Assembly: GCA_965217775.1 (NCBI GenBank)
Contig: CBDCJH010000002.1
Span: forward strand, 5,504,001 to 5,568,000
From: Acidobacteriota bacterium
GTDB taxonomy: Bacteria; Acidobacteriota; UBA6911; RPQK01; JAJDTT01
Length of the DNA: 64,000 bases
Direction: 5' to 3'
This document shows positions 36,110 to 48,832 of this stretch, piece after piece; within the stretch, counting starts at the first letter, position 1, and every line of letters starts with the position of its first letter. A program made the position numbers and the translations under genes. The notes under the pieces are model-generated. The model made no database searches. It worked only from the letters and a program-made list of their open reading frames with translations, and had not been told where the DNA came from.

Positions 36110-37141
36110 ATGAACAAAACGAGTCACCGCCTTTGGTCTGTATTTGGAGCGTTCTTCCTGCTGGTCCCGGGTCCGGTCGAAGCCCGGATCCACCGGGGCA
36201 CGCTGCAGGGTCAGGTCAAGGATCAGGACGGGAAACCTCTTGAAGACGTCGTCGTCAGGATCGAGGGACTCAACAGCAAGCAGAGGTACGAGCTCACGAC
36301 CGACAAGGGAGGAAGATACTTTCACATCGCCGTCGATCCCTATCTGGCATATCGCATCGTGGTCATAAAGGAGGGCTACTGGACCGAAGAGTCGGTGGGT
36401 GTCCGGGCTTCAAGGCAACAGAGCGGCGGCATCAACAACTTCACCATGCGACCCGGCCGTTCCACCGCCGCCGAAATGACGCAAGCGGCGAGAGACGCCC
36501 TGGTTCGAGAGCTGAAGCAGGCGGATGAGCTGAAGCGAAAAGTGAAAGCCATCGACGAGAGCCATAAGGTGGCGATGCGAATGATCGGTGAAGGTCGATA
36601 CGCGGAAGCGGAAAAAGCCTTCCGCAGGGTGGTGGAACTGCAACCGACTCTGGCGCCGACGTGGGGCAACCTGGGGCACGTCTACACCAAGCTGAACAGG
36701 CCATCGGATGCAGTGGCCGCCTACCGGAAGGCCATCGAGGTCGATCCTGAGAACGCTACCTTCTACCAGGACCTGGGCCACGTCTACTCGGACATGGGGG
36801 AGGCCGGGAAGGCCACGGAGATGTACCAAAAGGGGGCCAAGTTGACCGGAAGCCAGGACCCCAAGGAAGCGGCCCAATCCCAGTACATTATCGCCGTGGA
36901 CCACCTCAACTCGGGGAGGGAATCGGAAGCCATGGAGGCTCTGCGGCAGACTCTCGCCGCCGACCCCGAACACGCCGACGCTCACTACTACGTGGGAGTT
37001 CTGCTGATCCGGGAGAACCGGATGAAGGAAGCACTGGACCATTTGGGCAGACACCTGGAAATGTCGCCCGAGAGTCCCACCGCCGCCGATGCCCGGGCGC
37101 TCCTGGAGGCGCTGAGGCAAACGCCGGAGGCTGCCGAATAG
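36110..37141 (+). CDS. Exported TPR protein with N-terminal carboxypeptidase-regulatory-like domain
   Basis: GQVKDQDGKPL...TDKGGRY; TPR motifs WGNLGHVY, AYRKAIEVDP, AHYYVG; GAGG RBS before ATG 36110. Confidence 0.8.
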   Translation: MNKTSHRLWSVFGAFFLLVPGPVEARIHRGTLQGQVKDQDGKPLEDVVVRIEGLNSKQRYELTTDKGGRYFHIAVDPYLAYRIVVIKEGYWTEESVGVRASRQQSGGINNFTMRPGRSTAAEMTQAARDALVRELKQADELKRKVKAIDESHKVAMRMIGEGRYAEAEKAFRRVVELQPTLAPTWGNLGHVYTKLNRPSDAVAAYRKAIEVDPENATFYQDLGHVYSDMGEAGKATEMYQKGAKLTGSQDPKEAAQSQYIIAVDHLNSGRESEAMEALRQTLAADPEHADAHYYVGVLLIRENRMKEALDHLGRHLEMSPESPTAADARALLEALRQTPEAAE

Positions 37142-37195
37142 CAGTCGTCCGTGAGGGAATAGGGCCGGATCTCGGATCCGCTATCGAGTTTGGGA

Positions 37196-38860
37196 TCAGG
37201 GCCGGAAAACCTGGGCTTGGCTGGCATCTCCACCGGCCTTCACGATAGTGAACTCTTCGTTGCGGCTGGTGTTGTTTCCCCCGATCCGGTCCGCGATCTG
37301 AGCCCTGAGCGTATACTTCCCCGGCTTCAGTCGGGCCAGGGGAAACTGTTGCAGCAACATGGTGCGGCGATTGGAAGAGAAATAGACCGACTTGCCCAAA
37401 GAGTCATGGATCTCGAAGACGATCTGACCGTCTTTCAGGATGAAGTAGTCCGCCTTGATGGACGGTTCACTGGATGCTGCATCCAGTTCCAATCCATAGA
37501 TTTCCAGGTATGCCCATAGTGGGTATTCGCCGTCGAAGTTTCTTGAGACGCTGGGGCGGACCACCAGGTCGCCCATGACGAACATCTCGTATTGCTCAGG
37601 GACGTAACCCAACTGCCTCACGTGATCCGACAGCAGCAGGGTGCTGGCGCCCAGACCTTCGTCCCGGGGTCGAAAGGGATTGATGGCCAGGGTCTTGCTG
37701 CCCACCTTTCCGCTCTCCATGTCCTGCAGAAACAGTTCCAGCTTGTAGCGCTGCCCTCGGCCCAGGGCAATGATCACCTGATGCAGGGAGACGTCGGTCA
37801 ACCCTCGCGCCAGCTCGTTTGCGGGCACGTGGACGACGATCTCATGGTCGATCTCGGCCACATGCTGGTTGGTCATGTTGGTCACCAGCCCATACAGGTC
37901 CAGCGTGGCCGTAGCCACGGCCGCGCCGCCCGGTTTGAAGTTGAGCTCCTTCTTGGGCACTTCCAGCGTCAGCAGCACCAGAACTTCCTCGCCATTCAGC
38001 TCCAACTGGTCGTTCCTGAGCCGAAAGGGAAGCGGCTCATACGAGACACGGGTCCTCACGAACTTCTTCAGGTCGTCGTACTTGCCCTTGGTCTGTCCCA
38101 TGGTGGCGGTAGTGACGCGGAGCCGGTCGAAATACTTCTGCACCTGGAGCCAGTCGCCGGCGCCGCTCATGTCCATCATGGGGCGTCCGTGCCTGAGCCA
38201 GCGGTCCGACCTGTCGGTGTACCCTTGTATCTCGGCCCACTTCATGCCCCCGAATCCCTTGTCGTCCATCAGGTCCTTTTCGTCGGGGTGGTAGGCGAGC
38301 TTGTAGTCTCCCGTCATGGACTGGTCGACAAACTCGATGATGATGTTCGATCCGATGCCCTCCAGGTTCCGGTAGCGCCAGCGCTCAAAGGGAAAGACGA
38401 TGGTGGTGCCGAGTCCTTCATCCAGGGTCCGGTCGTAGCGGCCGCCGGCAGGAAAGCTCTCGATGTCGGCTGGCGGCCCGTGCATGATGTAGATCCGGCC
38501 CCGATCCGTATTCCGGCCCGCGAGGCCACTGGAGAAGTGGTCGTCGGCATAGGCGATCCGGCGGTAGTGCTCCTCCTTGAACTCGTTGATCATGGTGCGC
38601 GGGTCGGAATCCCGGCGGCGCCAGAACTGCTCGATGAAATTCTCCTTCTCCTCGGGACTCGTCAATTTCTCGAAGACCGCCCGTTCATCATGGGCGATGA
38701 TGTGGACGACCGTGTCGTTCAGCCATTTTTCGTAGTAGTCGACGGCCTCTTCGCGAGAGGCGTCCTTTTTCTCGGGTCCGGCCCAGGTCATCGCGGGGGT
38801 CAGTGTCAGGACAAGGACCAGAGACGCTGCTGAACTCAATTTGGAATAGAAGGAGAACAT
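37196..38860 (-). CDS. GWxTD domain-containing protein
   Basis: FIEQFWRRRD.DP...NEFKEEHYRRIAYAD.HF....GRNTDRGRIYI.HGPP, ERWRYR; signal peptide. Confidence 0.85.
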   Translation of the reverse strand: MFSFYSKLSSAASLVLVLTLTPAMTWAGPEKKDASREEAVDYYEKWLNDTVVHIIAHDERAVFEKLTSPEEKENFIEQFWRRRDSDPRTMINEFKEEHYRRIAYADDHFSSGLAGRNTDRGRIYIMHGPPADIESFPAGGRYDRTLDEGLGTTIVFPFERWRYRNLEGIGSNIIIEFVDQSMTGDYKLAYHPDEKDLMDDKGFGGMKWAEIQGYTDRSDRWLRHGRPMMDMSGAGDWLQVQKYFDRLRVTTATMGQTKGKYDDLKKFVRTRVSYEPLPFRLRNDQLELNGEEVLVLLTLEVPKKELNFKPGGAAVATATLDLYGLVTNMTNQHVAEIDHEIVVHVPANELARGLTDVSLHQVIIALGRGQRYKLELFLQDMESGKVGSKTLAINPFRPRDEGLGASTLLLSDHVRQLGYVPEQYEMFVMGDLVVRPSVSRNFDGEYPLWAYLEIYGLELDAASSEPSIKADYFILKDGQIVFEIHDSLGKSVYFSSNRRTMLLQQFPLARLKPGKYTLRAQIADRIGGNNTSRNEEFTIVKAGGDASQAQVFRP

Positions 38861-39158
38861 TCCGATTCCAAGTAGTTTAGGTCCGAACCGGAGACGAGGT
38901 CAAGCCGGGAATGGGAGTAACGGAGTCGTGGTCTTCACCCGACAGACTCGCGGTCAGGCCAAGCTCGCCACGTGCATGATCCGGTCCGACAGGTAGGGGT
39001 GTCCCCGCAAGACCGCCTGGCACGCATCCGAGTTGCCTCACCAAGGAAATCCACCCGAAACAGGTAAACAGCCCGAGGCAGAAGTCGTCGCGGCTTTCGA
39101 TCCACCCTGTGACCCAGTGGACGGCGTCGTCGCTACGTCACATAATTCGATTGGGAAC

Positions 39159-39183
39159 GGGCAGCCACAAGGGCTGCCCCTAC
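39159..39183 (-). repeat. GTAG-type REP
   Basis: Reverse complement is GTAGGGGCAGCCCTTGTGGCTGCCC; a degenerate partner gtaggggtgtcccc lies near 38993. Confidence 0.65.
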
Positions 39184-39229
39184 TCCTCTCCAGGTGACGC
39201 AACTGGCGAGATTGCCATCTCCATTCAAA

Positions 39230-40839
39230 ATGGGGAAACTCTTGCAGATGGTTCTCCGATTCGCCGCGTGTCTTTTCTGCGGCGCAGTGGCCTTCGCTCC
39301 GGCCTGCGGTGTCGCGCCGGTGCCCCAACGGCATCGGGACATCGTTCTGCTCGCCATCGACGACCACCTGCTCCCCTTCCGGCGGAACCTCTGCTACTAC
39401 CTGTCCCGGCCGCGGGTCCGAAAGGAGCCGGTACTGGTGCCCAGTCGCGACGACGCCAATGCGGCCGACCAGTTGGCAGCCCATTTCTACGGCACCGTGA
39501 TCGCGGACGAGGGCAGGTTTCGCATGTGGTACTACCCGGTTCGTTTGGGCGCCCGGACTTCCGAACTGGAAATCGGTCCCGCCGGCTACGCCGAGAGCGA
39601 GGATGGCATTCGTTGGATCAAGCCGTCGTTGAAGCAGGTCTCCATCAAGGGAAATCCGGAAAACAACGCCATCCGTTTGCCCGACGATCGAGTCATGGGG
39701 GTCACCGTCATCAAGGACGAGGAGGAGACCGATCCCGAACGACGCTACAAGATGGTCTACAATCCCGTCGCGGTGAGGGAACGCTGGGCCGAACCCAAGC
39801 TGAACGGGGCGGCCCGATCCACGCTCCGAACCGCCACCAGCCGCGACGGATTGACCTGGACTGCGAGGCCCGACCTGCCGCTCGACGTTTTCGTCGAGCT
39901 CTCCTCCTTCTACAAGCACGACGGGCTCTTCGTGGCTCACGGCCAGGGAAAGCTGTTCGGGGAGGGTGGAGAGCTGCACGGGCGCCGGGGCTACGCCTGG
40001 GTGTCCACCGACTTCGAGCACTGGCTGGCGGGCCAGGCCGAGACCTTCGGATTGCCGGAGCCCGGGACCCTGGGTCCAAGGGGAGCCGCCGGGGAGTACG
40101 ATCAGGTCCACCTGGGCGTCGGGGGGGCCAGCTACGGCTCGGTGGTGGTGGGACTCTACGGAATCTGGCGCCAAGGCGGCACGGGAGTCGGCGGAACCAC
40201 CTGCGATCTGGGCTTGGTGGTGAGCAACGACGGGATCCATTTTCGCGAGCCGGTGAAGAAACACGTCTACATCTCGCGGCACGATTCTCCGGTCACGCCG
40301 GTAGCCGGTAAGGACTATCCCACGATCCTGTGCCAGGCCAACGGTATTCTGAACGTGGACGACGAGACCTGGATCTATCATGGCCGCTGGCGGAACGCGC
40401 CGGTGGGACCCGAATATTATGGAGAGGTCGCCCTTGCCACCTTGCCTCGTGATCGATGGGGCGCCGTGGGGCTGATTCGGGGAGTCTCCGAGGGCTGGGT
40501 CTGGTCGGCGCCCCTCCGCTGGCCGGAAGGGGGCGCCCAGGTCTACCTGAACGCCGATTTTGCGCCGCAGATGCGGGTCGAGGTGTCCGACGTCGATTTC
40601 AATCTGCTCCCCGGCTACTCCGATGCCAACGCCGGTACGGTCTCCTGGCCCGGCGGCACGGGGCGGTTCCGTGAGCGGAACGGGGGGCTCGACTGTTCCG
40701 TCGTCTGGCCCGGGGCTCAGCTTTCAGACTTGGCGGGTCGGGAGGTACGGCTTCGCATCCAACTCACGTCGGCGGGAGGCGATCCCAGGCTCTACGCAGT
40801 GTATGTGCGCGGGAGCGGGCCGGTGGAGAAACCCTCCGG

Positions 40840-40843
<4 letters not shown>
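39230..40843 (+). CDS. Exported glycoside-hydrolase-like propeller protein
   Basis: GRFRMWY, YAESEDGIRWIKP, ERRYKMVY, SRDGLTW, SNDGIHFREP, C-terminal GREVRLRI; start uncertain (39194/39230/39248). Confidence 0.6.
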
Positions 40844-43716
<2,873 letters not shown>

Positions 43717-43737
43717 GGGAGTCTGACGACTGAGCCG

Positions 43738-45222
43738 ATGGATACCCTGAGCGGGGAGCCGAACGAGAAGAGAACGATGGGACCTGCGGCCCCAAGAGCG
43801 GTTCCACGGCGGGCTTTGCTGCGCCGGGCGGCGTGCGGATTCGGGGCCCTGAGCCTTTCGGCATTGCTGGCAGAAGAGACGAGGCTGTCTGCCACCTCGT
43901 CCTCCCACAATCCTTTGGCTCCGAAACCACCCCACTTCACTCCTCGCGCCAAGCGGGTGATCTTCCTCTTCATGCACGGTGGACCGTCCCACCTGGATAC
44001 CTTCGATCCCAAGCCGCGCCTGGATCAGGACCACGGGAAGCCGATCCCCTTCAAGCTCTCGCTCTCGTTCAACCCGACCTACAAGGGAGGCCTGATGAAG
44101 TCGCCCTGGGGATTCAAGCGGTACGGGGAGAGCGGTATTCCCGTGAGCGATCTCTTTCCCAAAGTCGGCGAGCTGGCGGATGAACTCTGCGTCGTCCGTT
44201 CCATGGTGAGCGACGGCGTCGATCACGGCAGCGCCATCCTCCAGATGAATACGGGCACCCTCAACTTCAGCCGTCCCAGCATCGGCTCCTGGATCCTCTA
44301 CGGCCTGGGAAGCGAGAATCGGAACCTGCCGGGATTCATTACCGTCAAACCCTCGCTCTATCACGGCGGATCCAAACATTGGGGTTCGGCCTTCCTTCCG
44401 GGGGCCTATCAGGGCATCCCGCTGGGTCTCGACAAGATGCCCCTGCGGGACCTCAGGGACGAGCCCATCGAGCACCTGTTGACCCGGGGACTGACTCGGG
44501 AGCAGCAGCGGTATGAATTCGAGATGCTGCAGAAGATGAACCGGCGACACGCCTTGGAAAGAGATTCCGATCCCAAGCTGGAATCCCGTATCCAGGCCTT
44601 CGAATTGGCCTCACGAATGCAACTCGAAGGGCAGGAGGTCTTCGACGTCGACCAGGAATCGGAGGCGACCCGGAAGCTGTATGGACTCGACGACAGGGTC
44701 ACCGAAGACTTTGCCTGGCAGTGCCTGTTGGCTCGGCGGTTGATCGAACGGGGAGTCCGTTTCGTGCAATGTTCCCACAGCAACTACGAGCCCGGCTCGA
44801 TTCTTTGGGACCAGCACAGCCAACTCGCCCGGGTCCACGCCAAGAATGCGCGTGAAGTGGACAAGCCCATCGCCGGGCTGCTGACGGACCTGAGGGCCCG
44901 GGGCCTGTTGCAGGACACGCTGGTGCTGTGGGGCGGTGAGTTCGGCCGCACCCCGTTTGCGGAAGGGGACGGCCGGGACCACAATCCGTACGGATACACC
45001 ATGTGGATGGCCGGAGGAGGGGTCAAAGCAGGAACCATCTACGGCGCCACCGACGAGTTCGGCTACCATGCCGTGGAGAACCGGATGCATCTGCACGACC
45101 TGCATGCCACCATCCTGCATCTGTTGGGTCTCGACCACACGAAGCTGACTTACCGGTATGGGGGCCGGGATTTCCGGCTGACCGACGTGCACGGAAGCGT
45201 GGCCCACGGAATCATGGCATGA
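43738..45222 (+). CDS. DUF1501 family protein (Tat signal)
   Basis: RRALLRR..CGFG; AKRVIFLFM.GGPSHLDTFDPKP; ARRLIERGVRFVQ; WDQH; WGGEFGRTP; GRDHNP; HDLHATIL. Confidence 0.92.
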   Translation: MDTLSGEPNEKRTMGPAAPRAVPRRALLRRAACGFGALSLSALLAEETRLSATSSSHNPLAPKPPHFTPRAKRVIFLFMHGGPSHLDTFDPKPRLDQDHGKPIPFKLSLSFNPTYKGGLMKSPWGFKRYGESGIPVSDLFPKVGELADELCVVRSMVSDGVDHGSAILQMNTGTLNFSRPSIGSWILYGLGSENRNLPGFITVKPSLYHGGSKHWGSAFLPGAYQGIPLGLDKMPLRDLRDEPIEHLLTRGLTREQQRYEFEMLQKMNRRHALERDSDPKLESRIQAFELASRMQLEGQEVFDVDQESEATRKLYGLDDRVTEDFAWQCLLARRLIERGVRFVQCSHSNYEPGSILWDQHSQLARVHAKNAREVDKPIAGLLTDLRARGLLQDTLVLWGGEFGRTPFAEGDGRDHNPYGYTMWMAGGGVKAGTIYGATDEFGYHAVENRMHLHDLHATILHLLGLDHTKLTYRYGGRDFRLTDVHGSVAHGIMA

Positions 45223-45291
45223 AGAGATTCCGATTCGAGCTATCCGTCTTTGTTGACAAGAAGTCGAAGCGATGACCCTGGGAGGTTAAGA

Positions 45292-46734
45292 ATGTCGAAC
45301 GTCCTCTATGCGGGCGCCGCCCGAAGAATCATCAACCCGCCCCTCGGAACGAAGCGGCCCGGCATCCGGCTGTTCGCCGACCCGCTCCAGGCTGTCGAAT
45401 CGGATCTGTCGGCGACCGCCGTGGTGCTCTCCAATCAGGCCAGCAAGGTCGTCATCGTCGGCATTGACATCTGCACCATCTTTCTGCCCGTCGCTCTCGA
45501 GATCCGGCGCCGCATCGGCGAGGCGGTGGGGACGCCGGCGTCCCATGTCCTGATCAATTTCAACCATACCCACAGCGGTCCGGCACTGCCTGATTTCCTG
45601 CCCGACTCGCCCGAGCAGATGAGGCTTCAACGCGCCTACCAGGAACGGCTCATCGAATGGCTGGTGGAGACGTGCGTGGAAGCCGACCGGTCGTTGCAGC
45701 CGGCCCGGATCGGGGCGGGGTGGGGTGAAGCCCATATCGGCATCTACCGTCGGGAGACAGGTTCCGACGGCCGGGACGTGTTGGGGGAGGATCCCAGGGT
45801 ACCCATCGATTCGGCCGTCGGCGTCCTCAGGATCGACGATCCGGAGGGCCGGACCATCGCCACCTGCTTCAGCTACGGCTGCCACACCGTGACCATGGGA
45901 CCCCGCTCGTCGGTGGTCTCCTCCGACTTTCCCGGTCCGGCCCGCGACCTGGTCGAAAACAGCCTGGGTGGGCTGGCCGTCTTCCTGCAGGCCTGTGGCG
46001 GAAACGTCAATCCCGTCCATGGGATCGGTTACGAGGTGGATTGCCGGGACACCAAGAACCGGACCGGAATGATTCTGGGTGCCGAAGTGCTCAAGGTGGC
46101 CGCCAACATCCGCACCAACCTCCGGCGCGGGAAACAGCGGCGGCCCATGGGGGTCATTCCCAATATCCTGTTCTGGCCGTGGGATCCCGTCGATGGCGAT
46201 ACTTGCACCTATCTGGACGCCGTCGACGAGATCATCCAGTTGGAATTCATGGATCTGCCGCCGCTGGAGGAAGCGGTGGCCATCCGTGACGAGTGGAAGC
46301 AGAAGTTGGCCCAGGCCCGGGCCAGCGACGCCAGGAACTGGGAGATCAGCGTGGCGATGCGCTTTACCGACTGGGCCGAAAAACTGGTCGAAGCCGTGCA
46401 CCAGGGGAATCCGCCGCTGGATGCCCTGATTCAGGCGATTCGGATCAACGACATCGTCCTGGCCAGCGTCAGCGCCGAGGCTTTCTTTCAGACGGGACTG
46501 GAGGTCAAGGCGCGATCGCCCTTCGATCATACCCAGTTCTTGGGGTTCTCCAACGGCCTCGTCGCCTACCTGCCCCGTGCCGAAGACTATCCCGAAGGCG
46601 GCTGGAGTGTTCACGAGCGCTATGCCGTACCGGACCTGTTGGTGCAGAGCTATTCGATGCCGGTCGCGTTCCGTCCGGACGCCGAGCAGGTCGTCGTCGA
46701 GAGGGTGTCCAAATTGATCCGGCAGCTCGCCTGA
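45292..46734 (+). CDS. Neutral/alkaline ceramidase-like N-terminal domain protein (metal-dependent amidohydrolase-like)
   Basis: HTHSGP, YGCHTV, SSDFPG, FLQACGGNVNP, YLP motifs; GGAGG RBS before ATG 45292. Confidence 0.75.
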   Translation: MSNVLYAGAARRIINPPLGTKRPGIRLFADPLQAVESDLSATAVVLSNQASKVVIVGIDICTIFLPVALEIRRRIGEAVGTPASHVLINFNHTHSGPALPDFLPDSPEQMRLQRAYQERLIEWLVETCVEADRSLQPARIGAGWGEAHIGIYRRETGSDGRDVLGEDPRVPIDSAVGVLRIDDPEGRTIATCFSYGCHTVTMGPRSSVVSSDFPGPARDLVENSLGGLAVFLQACGGNVNPVHGIGYEVDCRDTKNRTGMILGAEVLKVAANIRTNLRRGKQRRPMGVIPNILFWPWDPVDGDTCTYLDAVDEIIQLEFMDLPPLEEAVAIRDEWKQKLAQARASDARNWEISVAMRFTDWAEKLVEAVHQGNPPLDALIQAIRINDIVLASVSAEAFFQTGLEVKARSPFDHTQFLGFSNGLVAYLPRAEDYPEGGWSVHERYAVPDLLVQSYSMPVAFRPDAEQVVVERVSKLIRQLA

Positions 46735-46756
46735 TCAAGCCTGGGGGAAAACAAGT

Positions 46757-47503
46757 ATGAACGAAAGACTGGCCGGCAAGGTATTTCTGATCACTGGGGC
46801 CGCAGGCGGAATCGGGACGGCCATCGCCCGGGCGGTCACCGCGGAGTCGGCAACGGTGGTGCTCTGTGACATCAATCTCGAAGGGGCGCGGCGACTGGCG
46901 GATCGGTTGACCGGGGAAGGACGGTCGGCGGCCGCTTACGCCCTCGATATTTCCCGCCCCCCTGAGATCGCGGCCGTTATCGAGGAAGTCGTAAAGAGGC
47001 ACCAACGCATCGACGTGCTGGTGAACAATGCCGCCATCTGCCCTCGAATCCCTTTGGAGGAGGTGACCGAGGCGGATTTCGATCGAATTGTGGGAATCAA
47101 TCTCAAGGGGACCTTCTTCGTGTCCCAGGCGGTGTCGCCGGTGATGGTCCGGCAGGGCTGGGGAAGGATCGTGAACCTCAGCTCCATCGGCGCGCGGACT
47201 GGCGGCGTGGCCGCTTCTTCGGTCTATGCCGCTACCAAGGCGGGCATCATCGCCATCACGAAGTCGTACGCTCGGACACTGGCTCCCAATGTCACCGTGA
47301 ATGCGATCGCTCCCGGAGTCGTCGATACGGAGATGATGCGGATTCCGTCCGAGCAGGTGGCAGCCATCGTCGACCAGATTCCCCTGGGACGGTTGGCCGA
47401 TCCGGAGGAGATCGCCTCCGTGGTCCTCTTCCTGGCTTCGAAGGAAGCGTCCTATTTCACCGGCGCCACACTCGATGTCAACGGCGGCTGGTTCATGTAC
47501 TAG
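46757..47503 (+). CDS. Short-chain dehydrogenase/reductase (FabG-like SDR)
   Basis: TGAAGGIG, NNA, YAATK, NAIAPG, DVNGG. Confidence 0.92.
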   Translation: MNERLAGKVFLITGAAGGIGTAIARAVTAESATVVLCDINLEGARRLADRLTGEGRSAAAYALDISRPPEIAAVIEEVVKRHQRIDVLVNNAAICPRIPLEEVTEADFDRIVGINLKGTFFVSQAVSPVMVRQGWGRIVNLSSIGARTGGVAASSVYAATKAGIIAITKSYARTLAPNVTVNAIAPGVVDTEMMRIPSEQVAAIVDQIPLGRLADPEEIASVVLFLASKEASYFTGATLDVNGGWFMY

Positions 47504-47661
47504 GGGGGAGCGGCGGCTTCCTAGCCGCCGGGAGGGGCGGTTTCCTAGCCGCCCACAGGAACGGCGGTTTCCAACCGCCGATCTCCAGAGTGACATTTTG
47601 GTGTCGAAGAATGGGCGACTGGAAATCGCCCCTCCAATGGGGGACTGGAAATCGCCCCTCC
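47504..47661. repeat. Convergent cluster of five GGAG-headed REP-like palindromes
   Basis: Three + copies (ggagcggcggcttcctagccgccg etc.) and two - copies (gggcgactggaaatcgcccctcc) between convergent stop codons. Confidence 0.75.
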
Positions 47662-48788
47662 TAGAACGCGTACTTCTCGACCACGGACTGGTCCACCGTC
47701 ACCCCCAGCCCGGGGCTTTCCCGGACTTCGAGATAACCGTCCTCCTGGACCCAGGGATCGCTCACCAACTCATGCTGCATGGGGGAGGTGTGGGGCTTGA
47801 AATCCATGGCCGCCCCGTGGGTCGAGCTGGCCAGGAGGTGGACGCTCGCCGCCGTATTCAGCGCGCTGCTCCAGGTGTGGGCTGAGAACTGGATGTTCTG
47901 GGCCTCGATCAGCGGGACGACCTTGACGCAGCCGGTGATCCCCAGGCACCGTCCCGGGTCCATCTGCACCACGTCCACGGCGCCGTGCTTCAGGAGGCGC
48001 CGGTAGCCCTCCGGATTCCACTCCTGCTCACCGGTGCCGATGGGGGTCCGGGTCCCCGCTCGGAGGAGCCGGTGGGCCGCATAGTCCTGAGGCGGAAGCG
48101 GCTCTTCGATCCAGCGCAGCCGGTAGGCTTCGAAGTCCCGGACCCGGCGAATCGCCTCCTGGGCGCTCCATTTCACCCGTCCTCCCAGCACGTCGAACAC
48201 GATGTCGCAATCGGGGCCGACGATCTCCCGGACGTCTCGAACCAGGGCCAGATCCTTGGCATGGTCCAGCCCGAAGACAGCATCCGGCTGGCTGCCCCAG
48301 CCACCCTTGACGATGCGGTAGCCTTGGTCCTTGAAGGTCTGGAACTCGTTCAGGGTCCAGTCCAGGTCCACCATGTCCAGGTGGATAGACGCCATCGCCA
48401 CGACTCGCGGCACGACCCGTCCACCCATCAGGCGACACACCGGCTGGTCCAGCAGGTGTCCCTTCAGGTCCCAGAGAGCCATGTCCACGGCGCTCACGGC
48501 GAAGCCCGCAATGCCCTGGGGGCCGTACCACCAGATGTGATTCAGCAGTTTGTGCCAGAGGCGCTCCACGTCGAGGGCGTTCTCGCCGGTCAACATGGGG
48601 GCGTATCCGCGCTCGATGATGGTCTTGACGGCCGCGGCCGACTCGGGAAACTGGCTGATGCATTCGCCCCAGCCCACGGCTCCTCCCTCCGCTTCCACGC
48701 GAGCCAGGGTGATGTAGCGGATGTTGTTGTGGTCGTGGGGTTCCGGGTAACGCAGGGGATACGCGTCGACACGGCGAATCTTCGTCAT
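47661..48788 (-). CDS. Mandelate racemase/muconate lactonizing enzyme family (enolase superfamily) protein
   Basis: GWGE, SAVDMALWDLKG, KGGWG, metal ligands in FDV / WIEEP / TGEQE, SAHTW, PGLGV. Confidence 0.9.
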   Translation of the reverse strand: MTKIRRVDAYPLRYPEPHDHNNIRYITLARVEAEGGAVGWGECISQFPESAAAVKTIIERGYAPMLTGENALDVERLWHKLLNHIWWYGPQGIAGFAVSAVDMALWDLKGHLLDQPVCRLMGGRVVPRVVAMASIHLDMVDLDWTLNEFQTFKDQGYRIVKGGWGSQPDAVFGLDHAKDLALVRDVREIVGPDCDIVFDVLGGRVKWSAQEAIRRVRDFEAYRLRWIEEPLPPQDYAAHRLLRAGTRTPIGTGEQEWNPEGYRRLLKHGAVDVVQMDPGRCLGITGCVKVVPLIEAQNIQFSAHTWSSALNTAASVHLLASSTHGAAMDFKPHTSPMQHELVSDPWVQEDGYLEVRESPGLGVTVDQSVVEKYAF

Positions 48789-48832
48789 GGTCTCAACCTA
48801 GTCAGTGTTTGAGGACGGGATATGGCGGAGAA

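Noticed and set aside
39018-39036. TGGCAC...TTGC as a sigma54 promoter
   Set aside because: GG-to-GC spacing is 4 nt too long for a -24/-12 promoter
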